Shown: positions 48,925 to 62,359 of the stretch, one piece after another
Layout: every line of letters starts with the position of its first letter
How positions within the stretch are numbered: position 1 is the first letter of the stretch
NCBI RefSeq assembly: GCF_964355755.1
Contig: NC_092673.1
Coordinates: 6,572,001-6,636,000, forward strand
Origin: Antedon mediterranea
Taxonomy: Eukaryota; Animalia; Echinodermata
Direction of reading: 5' to 3'
Length of the DNA stretch: 64,000 bases
Translations under genes and position numbers: made by a program
The notes under the pieces: generated by a model
Database searches by the model: none
The model's input: the letters and a program-made list of their open reading frames with translations, nothing else
What the model was told of the DNA's origin: nothing

Positions 48925-51905
48925 TAGGCTAGTCAATCTAGCAAAAAAAAACAGGCCAAAGTGAAACAAATTGCAAACAGAGATTTTTCTTTTTAAATGG
49001 TCATATATGATGAGGAGATCAAAATTTGAGCATCACACATCTGTCACTCATCCCGATGATATGCAAATTAGCTTAAATATGCAAATTAGGGTGAAATTAC
49101 AGAGTTACCATATCTCAAAAACTATTAGTCCGAGAGAGTTGATTTTTTCACTGATCTATTCAAAATGTATATATTTATATTTACTCTAATGAAACATTTT
49201 ACGAAAAAATGACCGGAAATACAACATTTGACCTTCGATCCCATTTCTCAATGTTTGCATATACAATGTGACTAAAATGTCTGTAGAGACTTTATTTTGC
49301 CCTCAAATGACCCAGACATAGGTTCCTAATAGCCAGCATAGGATCACTTTGTAATTCCCAAAATCACACCTTTGTCACACACCTCGAAAGTATGCAAATT
49401 AGTAGTACAATTTAAATAAAATATGCAAATAAGGGAAAAAAATTACAGTTGTCCTGTATCTCAAAAACCACTAATGCTCGAGAGCTGATTTTTTACAGCC
49501 GTATTCAGAATATACATATTTCTATTTGCTCCAATGAAACATTTTACAAAAAATTGACCGGAAGTATGACATTTGACCCTCGACCCCATTTCTCAATATT
49601 GCATATTATAACTGAAACTAAAATGTCTGTAGAGACTTTTTTTTGCCCTCAAATGACTCCGATACAGGTTTCTAATAGCCAACATAGGACTGTTTAGTAG
49701 ATCTCAAAATCACACCTGTATCACTCACCTCCAAAGTATGCAAATTATTAGTACAAGTTACATAAAATATGCAAATTAGAGGGTGAAATTAAAGGTTCCT
49801 ATATATCGAAAACCACTAAAGCTAAAGAGTTGATTTTTTCAATAACTTGTTCAGAATGTACATATTTATATTTACTCTAATGAAACATTTTACGAAAAAA
49901 TGACCGGAAATACAACAATTGACCCTCGACCCCATTTATCAATGTTTGCATACATAATGCGACTAAAATGTCTGTAGAGACTTTGTTTTGGACTCAAATA
50001 ACTCGGATACATGTTTCCTATAGTCAGCATAGGACCGCTTTGTAATTCCCAAAATCACGCCTTCGTTTTGGCATGGTTGGAATTCCCTTTTTTCGTATTA
50101 GTTTATGTACAGCGCTTAGAGGTTTCACAACATTAGGCGCTATATAAATCCAGGATATTATTATTATTATTTCTCAATATTTGCATATAACGCAACTAAA
50201 ATGTATGTACAGACTTTGTTTTGGCCTCAAATGACTCGGATACAGGTTTTATATAGCCAGTATAAGTCAAGCACCTCAAAAGTATGCAAATTAGTAGTAC
50301 AAGCTATATGAAATATGCAAATTACAGTGAATTGCCTTATGTATCTCGAAAACGCTAATGACCGAGAGAGAGAGATATGGCAACTTTCTTGTACTACTGA
50401 TTTACATACTTTCAAGCGAAGTAACCGAGGTGTGATTTTGAGAATTACTAAACAGTTCTATGCTGGCTATAGAAAACCTGTATCTGGGTCATTATTGAAA
50501 AAAAAAATTATCGAAAGTATGACATTTGACCCTCGAACCTATTTCTCAATATTTGCATATAATGCAACTAAAATGTATGTACAGACTTTGTTTTGGCCTC
50601 AAATGACTTGGATACAGGTTTTATATAGCTAGTATAGGATCGTTTAGTAATTCCAAAAGTCAAGCAACTCGAAAGTATGCAAATTATTAGTACAAGTTAT
50701 ATGAAATATGCAAATTACAGCCTTATGTATCTCGAAAAACGCTAATGACCGATAGAGATATGGCAACTTTCACCTCTTGTACTACTAATTTGCATATTTT
50801 CTAGGGAAGTAACAAAGGTGTGATTTTGAGAATTACTAACAGTTCTATGCTGGCTATAGAAAACCTGTATCTGAGTCATTTGAGGCCAAAACAGTCTGTA
50901 CAGATATTTTAGTTGAATTATATGAAAATATTGAGAAATAGGGTCAAGGGTCAAATGTCATAATTCAATCAAGACAATTTTTGCGTAAAATGTTTCATTA
51001 CAGCGAATATAAATATGTACATTCTGAATCTGGCTATTAGAAACCTGTGGCCGTATTCACCAATCTCACTTAGGCTAAGGGAAATACTTACCCTTAAAAT
51101 TAATGAATACCACTTAAGTGAAACCCTTAATATTTTCTTGATTTAAGGAAAATTCTTAGGATTTAAGGGAAATATCTCACTTAAGTGTGATTGGTGAATA
51201 CGGCCACTGTATCCGAGTCTCTACAGACATTTTAGATTTCATTATTTATATGCAATATTGAGAAATGGGGTCGAGGGTCAAATGTCGTAGTTCCGGGCAT
51301 TTTTTTGTAAAATGTCTCATTACAGCAAATATAAATATATACATTTTAAATATTTTAATGACAAAATCAACACTCTAGCATTAGCGGTTCTCAAGATATG
51401 GCAACGCTGTAATTTCACTCCCTAATTTGCATATTTAATATTACTTGTACTACTAATTTGCATACTTTCGAGGTGCGTGACGAAGTTGTGATTTTAGGAA
51501 TTATAATACAGTTCTATGGTGGGTATTGAAAAACAATATCCAAGTCATTGGGTCAAAAATAAAGTCTCTACAGACATTTTAATCACATATTTATGTAAAT
51601 GTTGAGAAATGGGGTCAAGGGTCAAAATTTGGTACTTCCGGACATTTGTATGTAAAATGTCTCATTAGAGCAAATATAAATATATATATTCTGAACCAGA
51701 CTGTGCAAAAATGAACTGTCTACGATTAGTAATGTAATTTCACCCTAATTTGCATATTTAAGCTAATTTGCATACCTTCGGGCCGGATGAGTGTCAGAGG
51801 TGTGATGCTCAAAAAATAATCACCTTATCATATGTAACTATTTAGAAAAAAAAAAATCTCTGTTTGCAATTTGTTTCACTCAAAAATGCTAGATTGACTA
51901 GCCTA
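48925..51905. mobile_element. Foldback-like non-autonomous element with Academ-type ends
   Basis: Perfect terminal inverted taggctagtcaatctagca / tgctagattgactagccta, 3-bp TAT flanks on both sides, ~1.1-kb inverted arms built from ~360-bp subrepeats; absent from copy 1. Confidence 0.78.
50067..50170 (+). mobile_element. 3' tail fragment of an L2/CR1-type LINE or SINE
   Basis: gtacagcgcttagag...aggcgctatataaat...(tat)n stem-loop and tail interrupting the foldback subrepeat. Confidence 0.55.
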
Positions 51906-53118
51906 TATCTAAGGCTGACAGTTTTAATATTTTCCAAACTCGACTAATTGATAGGTCCAAGTCGCTGGACCCAAAAAACGTCTGGGAAAAGAGAGTCTAT
52001 GAGGGCTCACGACGGTTTTACGATTTTGGATTCTCGCCCTTTGATTGGTTGACGCGAATCAACAGTCTGCGGAAGAATTTCTCACATGTGCCGTTGTCTC
52101 TGAGGACTGCTATCTGTATTACTAAGGGCGCAATTATTTACTTAATTCGTGACTAAAAACGATTATTTTCGGCGATGTTTTGGACCCTATATTTCGAAAA
52201 CTACAAGTCAGATTTTCATAATTATATTTTAAACAGGGCTTAAATTGCAATTGATTTTTCGTACTCGCCGAACGACTACTGTACTACCAAAACTGAGTCG
52301 AGGAAGGGAATTGATGACGAATTCTGTACTTTCGGGGCTTTCATAGCTTACTGTTAAATATAAAAAAACCCCATTACATTACACTTTACTTTAGAGCGGT
52401 TATATCCTATTTATTCAACGAGAACTCTTCCAGGCTAAAACCACGTAAACATCAAAGTGATAATTATTGAAACAATGATAAGAATATGAATATCTACAAA
52501 TCACGTACATACACACATATTATACAAACCTGTATGTTGAACCGGTAACGTCCTATTGGTACTGCAGAAAAGGCACATCTAATACTTTACTTAACATTTA
52601 TATACTGTACATACTCAATTCCCTATGGAAATATTTTACAAAGAGACTACAATACTTTATTAGAATATCAATGCACTGAGTTACAAAAGAAGTTTCGAGT
52701 AAACCTAATTCCGCATATAGTACTGTATAAGGTATGAATATTTAATACGATCGGCAATTAGTTAATGGGTAAAAGCTAAGAATTTCACTTAAGAAATATA
52801 ATGCAACCTCCCCCTGCCATAAGCACAAACCGACCGATGGTCAGCTTTGTCAAATTTTTATTTTTTAAAAATCTTGCATTTTATTAATAATAGTGATTGT
52901 ATTTTACAACAAAAAAACTTTTTGACATACTCTATATATATAAATAGCTCAGGCTTAATATAGGAATTTCCAGTCATTCAAAATATTGTTTTGTTGTAAA
53001 AGTAGGTGTTCTTGTGTCACGTGAGATGACGTAACACAATACTGTATTGACTGTGTTTTCACACTTGTTTTCACAATCGAGGAGCTTTATAACATCAGTA
53101 TTTCAATAAACCAACTAG

Positions 53119-53640
53119 GGTTATTATAATGGTACCATGGAACTATTTATAGGTCCATAGTGGTTCTGAATGTTTTTGATATATTGCTAGGCAGAAGTTT
53201 CCAAACTTAAATTTTCAATTTATATTATGGCCTGTGGTTACGTCACAGCCAATCACCTGGCCAAATCGGATTCCTTGATCTGGGACTGGTTGGTTATTTT
53301 AGTGGTACCATGCAACTATTTATAGGTCCATAGTGGTTCTAAATATTTTTGATATATTGATTGCTAGGCAGCAGTTTCCAAACATAAATTTTCAATTTAA
53401 ATTATGGCCTGTGGTTACGTCACAGCCAATCACCTGGCCAAACCGGATTCCTTGATCTGGGACTATGGTTGGTTATTATAGTGGTACCATGGAACCATTT
53501 ATAGGTCCATAATAGTTCTAAATGTTTTTGATATATTGCTAGGCAGCAGTTCCCAAACTTAAATTTTCTATATTATGGCCTGTGGTTACGTCACAGCCAA
53601 TGACCTGGCCAAATCGGATTCCTTGATCTGGGACTGGCTG
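53119..53640. repeat. ~175-bp triplication in the intergenic region of copy 2
   Basis: ttataggtccata anchor at ~53147, 53320 and 53499; single in copy 1 (~12371-12555). Each unit carries TTACGTCA and CCAAT. Confidence 0.9.
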
Positions 53641-55845
53641 GGGTGGTACGCTAGTGAGGGATTAAAAAAAAGAACCATATCCGTGGCACATGCCCAATAT
53701 ACGCTTCGCTTGCTTAGTTTACAAAGACATAACAAACCCAACAGCATACAATACATTACACATTAAAACACACCAAACAAAAACAAACTTTCGAAGAAGA
53801 TTTTTGTTTGTTTTTCTTAAATGTTTATACTAGCACTGTATCACTAATCGATCTTTGTACCTCATAAAGTATTTTAAATACACATTATCATTAACCAGTC
53901 ATGTGGAAAGTCTAGAACATCAAATATAAATAGGATCACAATTGCTATATTATTGGTACATCAATCAACAACCATGGTAAGCTATCAGTCGTTTTTAGTT
54001 GTTTTTATTAAATATGCTTTATACCATTATAAACAATGGTTTCAGCAATTTGAGTGACCTTAATATGCCTATGTCTAAAATACAAACGGTCGTAAGTATG
54101 CTAATTCAAGAGAGTGAGACTCATGGAATGACCTGTTTTGAATACCGAATACAAAGAACATACGGTTGTTATTGTTAGAAATGGTAGCTTAGTCTACATT
54201 GAATTACATGCTCTTGTCGATAATAGAAGCCTGGCTATTTTATAAGGCGTACACAATAATAACTCACCCAATTTTTCCTTGCCATTTGATTGGTTGATTT
54301 CATAGCACGTGGCATTTCGTCGCAATCAACAGTGATTATTATTCAATGTTTCTAGCTTTTGTAAAATTGAACATTAACAAATAGATAATTGTATCACGTG
54401 GTAAGAACCATCCGACTGCCCCGTCTATCAATCTTCTTAGCCTACTGTAGCCTAGTGACACCGATAACATTAAATGCAGTTGTTAAATATTTGTACTACT
54501 GTATCATTTACCAACAGTTATTTTTTAAACATTTTATATCAGGATTTAGAAATAAATCCGTTTGAAACAATAGGCCTAGCACCTCATCCTCATCAAGAGC
54601 CTATCGACTGCTATCACAACTTAGAGAAGTTATTAACAATAATAGAAACACAACCAGAAAGAAGTAAGTTAATGATTAGCCATGGTTATTTTATTAGACA
54701 GCATTGGCCCTGTATCTACAAATATAACTATTCGTCCATAGTGTAATAACGCAAGCATGTAGATTTTTATTTTTTTTTTTATCTTCATTCTGTCTATTAT
54801 TTATTTACATATGACATAATAATAATTTCTAATTCCACGTTTAATTAACGTTAATTAGTTTTCTACATAATTGCAATACAGTCGGCGTTTTCATTTGAAA
54901 GTATTCAATATTTTTTTCTAAATTTGTGAACAGTATACTTATTTCAAACGTAACAACTATAAATGCAAATAAAAGTAGAAAAACGCATTAATATAAATAG
55001 ATATGCTAAAAACCGATTCTGTCTCAACTTCTTAGAAAATTGGACTAAAAGGGTTAGAAGATTCTTTCCAAAACGAACCCGAAGCTGTCACACTAATGCC
55101 TGCGGCAGTACATTTCATTTCAATCCTGGTCACCATTGTCGACTTTGTAAAAACATCGTCTGTGATGAATGTTTTATGCATGTTCCGGAAAGAATAGTAG
55201 GTATGTTTTTCTTTTAAATTAGACTTAAAACAAAAGTATTATGTTGACCAAGCCGAAATCCAATCAAATATATAAAGACAGAATTTTCTAAAACATAATT
55301 TTTAGCATTAATTAAAATATATATACAGTATATCTTATTGAATTCCTGTATTGTTTTGTTGTGACAATTTGTCTTCAGTAATTACGCCAGGTATAGTCTT
55401 CTAGGATCGTTCATATCCATTACAAAGTGTCATTTTTAATAGCAAAACCATGTGTGTGTATTACTTATTGTTTAAATGACTGATTGTAATGTATTGTATG
55501 CATTTCATTTTTTGTCTTTAAATACAGATACACTGCACAGACAAAAGGGCCAAGGAAATTTAAACAATAAGAACATCAAGGTGTGTCAGGCTTGTAATGA
55601 ACGAGTCAAAGAAGAATGGCTGCTGTACAGCATAGACATACCAGATGGAGTTAGCATACAGGTAATACAATGCTCAGTAATTAACCGTATGATTAAACAA
55701 AGTGGCGATAGACAAAATTGCGTTTTTATTTTATTGGGTGTAGAATCATAATAAACCGTTGAGGGCGCTAATGTATATGTATGCACAGAGCATTCTCGAT
55801 ATTTAGGTTGTAAAGCTAACAGTAGTTAAATTTAAAATTAATTAA

Positions 55846-55942
55846 AACAAGGCCATACACATGGCTGCCATCGCGTGCTCAAATTTAAGTTAGTGTTTAC
55901 CGACCGACCAACCGACCGACACGGTGAGCTGTAGAGTCGCGT
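55846..55942 (-). mobile_element. Mini-HINE fragment related to 1983-2097
   Basis: aacaaggcca...tcgcgtgc...(gacc)n...tagagtcgcgt has the same layout as the 1983-2097 element. Confidence 0.6.
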
Positions 55943-56088
55943 TGGGGCACTAATAAGGGTCAAATTATATTTATGTTGTAAAGCTAATAATTAAATTGAG
56001 ATTAATTTAAAATTATTTTGTTAATAGCGAGTCCATTTTTTTCTTGAATTGATGCAATACAAAATTTACGGGTGTCAAGAAAACTCAG

Positions 56089-59000
56089 CGTCGAACACCG
56101 GTGGAAGGACTACTACTATTCCATCTTATCTTGATTAGTAGTCGCTTCCCCTAACCACACGCCCTGCCAGCGCGTCAGTATATGGCAAAAAACCCACATA
56201 ACAAATATGGAGAAAGGTTATAAAGGAGGTAGTAGAGCCCATGGCCATAACGGGCGCAACATTAGTTGCAATTCGACCAGTAAAAGCATTGAAGGGGCTT
56301 CTTCTTCGTATGATGTTTTGCAGTCAAATCCTTCGGGAAGCTGTGAAATTGATGAATGTAATAAATCTGGTCACAACGGGAAAACTGAAATCAATATATG
56401 CACTTTGATGTCAGAACTTTGAGAAACGAGGAAAATATCGAAAGCCTAATAGAAGAACTAGATGGATTCAAATGGGATGTCATTGGACTAGCAGAAACCA
56501 AGATGCATGGTGAAGGATTAACTGAACTTGAGGAAGGTGTATGGCTTTACAACAGGGGCAAAACAGAGCAGGACAAAAATGCAAAAGGAATTGGATTCCT
56601 GATTCATACGAAATTTAAGGACTATGTCAAAGAAGTAAAAAGTGTCTCTAATAGGGTAGCTTACATGATAGTACAACTGACAGGAAATACTGAAATGTGC
56701 ATCATACAAGTTTATGCTCCCACAAGTGATTATGATGATGCAGTGGTAGAGGAATTGTATGAAGACATCAACAAGATCATGATAGGTTTTTCAAGTACAT
56801 ATACAATACTAATGGGTGACTTCAATGCTAAAATTGGACAAAGAGACGAAGGGGAAGAAAACATAATGGGAACATTTGGATTAGGAGAAAGGAACAAGAG
56901 AGGAGTTAGAATGGTAGAATTTGCAATGGAACACAACCTAAATGTGGCAAATACTTATTTAAAAAAACACAAGACTAGGTACTGGATTTGGGAGAGTCCC
57001 AACGGAAAACACAAAAACCAGATTGACTACATACTAAGCAACCAGCGTGGAATAATTCAGAATTGTGAAGTAATAACCAGTGTAGATATTGCAAGTGACC
57101 ATAGAATGGTCAGGGCAACTCTCAAAATCAACAAAAGACTAGCCAGGCTGAAGTTCATCCAAAATAAAAAGAAGAGAAGAATTAACATCATGAAGTTGAA
57201 AGAGAATAGAGAGGAATTTCAACTGAAAATAAACAACCGCTTTGCCGGTTTGGAGTTGGAAGAGTTGTATATTGATGAGCAATGTAATATGGTGACAATC
57301 ATTATCTTAGAAGAAGCCAGAGCTGTAGCTCCAGCGGAAAAAATAAAGGTCCAAAGATCGGAGGAGGATAAAGAAATAGAGGAATTAGATCAAAGAAGGA
57401 AAGAACTTAGATTAAAAGAAACAATGTCTGTACATGAAAAAGTGGAATATGCTGAAGTAGTGAAAACAGTGAAGGAAGACGAAGCGCAGACAAAGAAAGA
57501 GGCGGAGAACTGCTAAACTTATCTTAGAATCATTGGGAAGAGGAAGGGGGCCAAAGACAATACAAAAGAAGCAATGCAAAAAATCCAGAATGAGTAAACT
57601 AAAGAAAAAAGAAGGAACTGAAACTTCAAAGAGATCTGAAATTCTGAACTGCTAGATATTTGGGCAGATTTCTACCAAGATCTCTACAAATCATCAACCC
57701 AACAGTCTGGACAAATAAACATTTCATCAAGAAATACAGCTGTACCACCGATACTGAAAAAAGAAGTGGAGAAAGCATTAAAGAGCATGAAGGATAACAA
57801 AGCACCGGGAAACGATGAACTTACAAGCGGCATCATCAAGCAAGGAGGAGAGGAGATAATCCAACAGCTAATAAAACTTTCCAACCAAATCTTAGTGCTA
57901 CATAAGATACCAAGAGAGCATGGAAAGAAACAAAGATCATTCTTTTGTTTAAGGGAACAAAGCAGATGTCAAAAACTACCGTCCCATTAGCCTCTTGTCT
58001 CATCTGTACAAAATCTTCAAAATAATCCATAACAGAATCAAAGATGTATTAGACAACAACCAACTAGATAGCAAGCAGGTTTCAGAGCAGGGTACTCGAC
58101 AAAAGATCATCTACAAGCAATAAACCAGCTAATTGAAAAGGCAAGTGAATACCAACTAAAACTCTGTCTTGGCTTTGTGTATTACCAAAAGGCATTTGAT
58201 TCTATTGAACATTTGGATATGTTTGAAGCGCTCCGAAAAATAAATGTTGACGAAGGTTATGTCAGAATCATAGAAGATATCTACACTGATGCAATAGCCA
58301 GAATCCATTGATAATGATATATCAAGAGAGGTTCATATACAGAGAGGGGTACGGCAAGGTGATACTCTGTTCCCAAAGATATTCACAGCAACCATCGAAG
58401 AAGTATTCAAAAAGGCTCAGCTTAATGGAGGAATAACTATTGATGGAGAAATGCTTACAGACCTCCGTTTTGCTGATGACGTGGCCTTGATTTCAACATC
58501 AGTTGCAGATATGAAAAATCAGCTCTCAAGTCTGAATAAGGAGAGTAAATCAATAGGACTAACTTTGACACACAGGAAGACATTGAAATAGAGGGCCGGA
58601 AACTAGAGAAAGTGAAAGAATATAAATATCTAGGGCCGGAAACTAGAGAAAGTGAAAGAATATAAATATCTAGGACAAACACTGAAAATGGAAGACACCA
58701 CGAAGGAGGAAGTTCTGTTAAGAATAAAAGCAGGATGGATGAATTTTGGTAGACACAAACACATGCTGACCGACAAAAATATACCAATGTCACTGAGAAA
58801 GAAATTATTTAACCATTGTGTGCTATCAACTATGACATATGGTTCAGAGACATGGGCAATAACAAAGGAACTGAAAGTTACAACTACTCACAGAGGGATG
58901 GAAAGAAAGATGATGAACTTATCGCTTCCAGACAGGGTAAATCATACAATCATCAGAAAAAAGAGAATGGAGAAAGTAAGACAGTAAAAATGGAGATGGG

Positions 59001-59097
59001 CTGGGTACGTGGCAAGATTTCAAGATAATAGATGGACATACAGATTAACAGAATGGCAACCAATGGTAAGAAAGAGGAAAAGAGGAAGACAGAAAAT

Positions 59098-59148
<51 letters not shown>

Positions 59149-59152
59149 GATA
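56089..59152 (+). mobile_element. Decayed RTE-clade non-LTR retrotransposon (APE + RT) with (GATA)n tail
   Basis: APE motifs VIGLAET, QVYAPT, MGDFNAKIG, NQIDYIL, SDHRMV; RT motifs KAPGND, RQGD (~58350), LRFADD (~58462), YKYLG; multiple frameshifts and stops; no ORF1 seen. Confidence 0.9.
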
Positions 59153-59153
59153 G
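59100..59153. repeat. (GATA)n microsatellite
   Basis: Direct reading. Confidence 0.95.
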
Positions 59154-61509
59154 AAAACTCGGATATCAATATCTGACTTTTCTAGTTCCAGCGGAACTAG
59201 AAAACTCAGATTATCAAATGATTGGTTGGTAGGTCATTTGGATCATTCCATTATTAATCAGAAGGTAGGTCATTTGAAATACTAGAGTATTATTAAAACT
59301 GATTACAGTGTAGTCTAGAAAACTCAGATATATCTGAGATCTGAGTTGTCTAGATCTGAGTTTTCTAGACATCCAAAATGTATTGTACTTCTTATATGAA
59401 GTTTATGTAAGCAAGTAGTAATTTGAAAGCTATACCGAAAATACTTTTATTTTCCCAGAAACTTGATGCCTTAAAACAAAAAGCTGAATATCGAATACAA
59501 AATTACAATACTGCTGTTAGAGAAGTAAGGTAAATAATTATACAGAATAAAAAAAAACCCATAGAATTGGTGTGTGGAGTAAAGTTGTCATATCCATTAG
59601 TGCCAGGCCACAATATTTATTTTCGTACATTAGTATGGGACCCCTCATGAAACGTCACAACACATAAATGAATATTTATTAGTCATATCCATAAGGTGTG
59701 ACATAAGAATTGAGCTAATTACAATTCGCTAATACAAACGCATTTTGTCGAGCCGTCTGTGAAAGTCAAGTGGATTAGACGATGGACTTTACATGTCGAT
59801 GTATGGGGTTCGAACCCCATGTGCACCTTCTTTTTACTTTATAGCGAGAGAGAGATTATTTAGAGGGTTAGGTGTAGTTATATTTAGGAAGTAGTTCGAC
59901 TATCTTTCACATAAAGGGTTCCCGACTATCTTTCACATAAAGGGTTCCCAACTTAAGTACGAAAACAAATCGCTGCCAGGCCTATACTCATTGTAAATAT
60001 GGAAGTAAATTAAAATAGAAACACATTATATAATACAACGAGGAAGATGTATGGCTCTCTATAAATTACTAAATACAGAGAGTAGAGCTTTGATGATATT
60101 TCTGTATACACGTGGCAAGGTCAGGTTTACGGATATGACAAATTTATTTTAAGACTTTTGTTTATTTTTTAATTTAAAGGTTAAACATTGATAATAATCA
60201 TGTAAATTAATAATATTTTGGTACTTTTATACGAATTTTAACAACCCACAATTAAACGACGATACTTAATATCTTTTCAGAGAAAGAACGAGGCTCTATC
60301 AGAAAAAACGCTTACATCAAATGCGCGACCGTATTGATTCCATTCTCGACGAATATGATGAAACTTTGTAAGTTAGTATACTTGCTACAATAGATACATT
60401 ATGCGAAATAAATAGAGCAATACAGGCGTGTGCTTTCGGTCCATATTGAAGGTAAAGAGATTTTAATAAGAATTTGTGACGTCACCAATATATCGAATTT
60501 TCTGAAAATCAATATGTAAATATAAATACTGTATAACCATTATACCTAACGCCCAAACGCTATAATTGGCAACACCATTTTGTATTACCGCAGAGCATGC
60601 GATGGATACACAGTAACCGTTAAACCTTGTTTCAGAAAAGTCTTTAAAAATAAAATCAAAGTAAAAAATATCAACAATTAGACAAGAATATCATAATGTA
60701 GATAATAAGGATATGTAATAAACACAGTGTATCTTTCCCAACATATGAGTAAAACACAGCTCTAAAAACTTTCCAAAATGAGAGGACACTCGATTCTTTA
60801 GCGCTCAGTATAGATAGGGTCTAACTGAAAAGTTCAATCCATTCGCATTTATTCAGCAATATAAAATATTTACATTACAGGGATTTTATAGAGACAAGTA
60901 ATTGTCTGTAGTCGTAAGACCCTTTAGAACAAAACAAATATTATCACAAAGATAGTCATCTATATCAAATAAGCCAATCAATATGGCTGCATCAAATCGA
61001 CCAATCAGATAGCCTGGAGCAATTACAATTCGCAAAATAGTTAGTTTCATGAAAAAAAATCTTAAAATATATGTTCTGATTTACATATTTGATATAGTAA
61101 ATATTTTTTAAAAAAGACGGCGGCCATTTTCCCTGTCATGTTCGTATCACCTCACTCTCGCCTAATTTACTCTCTAGTAGAATCTATTTATTTCAGACAT
61201 ATCCTTGTTCAAGAAGGCGGTAGAAATTTCGAAGAGTACAGAACCGATTTAGATCGACTGAAAGGCGATGTCTCCGATGGTCTTACTTCACGAGAAAAAT
61301 GTGTAATAGGCGTATGCCGTTGTTTTTACTGTTGCTGTTGTTGTTGTTGCAGTTCTACGGAGTACGATTATAGGGACGACACCACATACGCTACAAACGT
61401 TTGATAGTTTCATACACGGACAGAATCAAAATTTAAAGTTTGGTGAATTTAATTAATTAATTAATTAATCTAAAATGTTTAATAATCATAAAAATCAATG
61501 CTACGTTAA

Positions 61510-62048
61510 AGATGTATTGTCCCTTTGACTAATTCCAAAAAAATAAAAAATAAAAGATTTCAAGGTGGTTCATTTTGAAGTATCATAATAGTTATTAACT
61601 ATCACCAAACATTTTTCGAGAAAAAAAAAATTTAACTGAAATACAGACGTTTTTTTGTTAAAAAAATAACTTTGACTTCCAGTCAAAGTTTTCAATCAAA
61701 CATATCCCATAATGAAACGCGCTTGTTTGGCTACTCTGTATGCATAATCATAAAACTTCTTCATGATCTGTGTGAAAATACCTTCTTAACCGTGACAAGT
61801 TGTAAACAATCCTAATTTAGCACATGCATAATGCGTACTCATGGTTTGAAATCTTTGTTTACTTTCGCTCGTGACGATTTTCCAGATGAAATGTAATCAA
61901 ACTAATTTACCTGTTAATTACGTAAACTTGTTGTTTTGGCTTAAATTTTTGACTTAAAGTGAATAACTTTAATATTACTTTGATATGGCCACTTTAAATT
62001 TAGAATATTTTGACCTTCATTTTTTGTGTTTCCAGGGACAATACATCT
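61510..62048. mobile_element. Kolobok-type MITE
   Basis: TIR agatgtattgtccct / agggacaatacatct flanked by TTAA on both sides; purine-purine terminus. Confidence 0.8.
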
Positions 62049-62359
62049 TTAATACAAATTTATGTATCATACATAACTATACGGTATCGTAAATACTGTA
62101 CCATCAACGTCGTTGAATGATTGTTTAAAAGATGTTTAAATTGACAGGCACGTATCGAACCTCCCATATGGCATATATTGTTTGTTCGTCCAATTTATGT
62201 TTCCCTTTATATTGTTCCTTTAACATTGCAATTTTTAAACATTTTTATGCATATATACATTTGTATTTATTTGTTTATTCCATTCCAACAGCGAATCATC
62301 GTCGGGCTGGTTAAAATCTTAATATCAAACTACTTAAGATAAAAAATATACTTCTTTAA

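Larger units (their letters stand above)
56070..59374. mobile_element. Small TIR element (agaaaactcag subrepeats) hosting the RTE insertion
   Basis: gggtgtcaagaaaactcag at the left and ctgagttttctagacatcc at ~59356-59374 are imperfect inverted repeats. Confidence 0.55.
16834..60947. repeat. Tandem segmental duplication, copy 2, expanded by TE insertions
   Basis: Colinear with copy 1 once 21547-46255, 48925-51905 and 56070-59439 are removed. Confidence 0.9.
54543..61404 (+). pseudogene. FYVE-like gene, copy 2, with Cys-string terminal exon and a 4-nt frameshift
   Basis: Exons 54543-54663, 55001-55200 (200 nt vs 204 nt in copy 1), 55528-55661, 59459-59529, 60281-60367 and 61197-61404. The last splice is phase-compatible (ETL|HILVQEGG...CRCFYCCCCCCCSS...NV*). 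Confidence 0.7.

Noticed and set aside
59800-59822. tRNA gene or tRNA-derived SINE (ggggttcgaacccc)
   Set aside because: Only a B-box-like hairpin; no cloverleaf or A box could be built.
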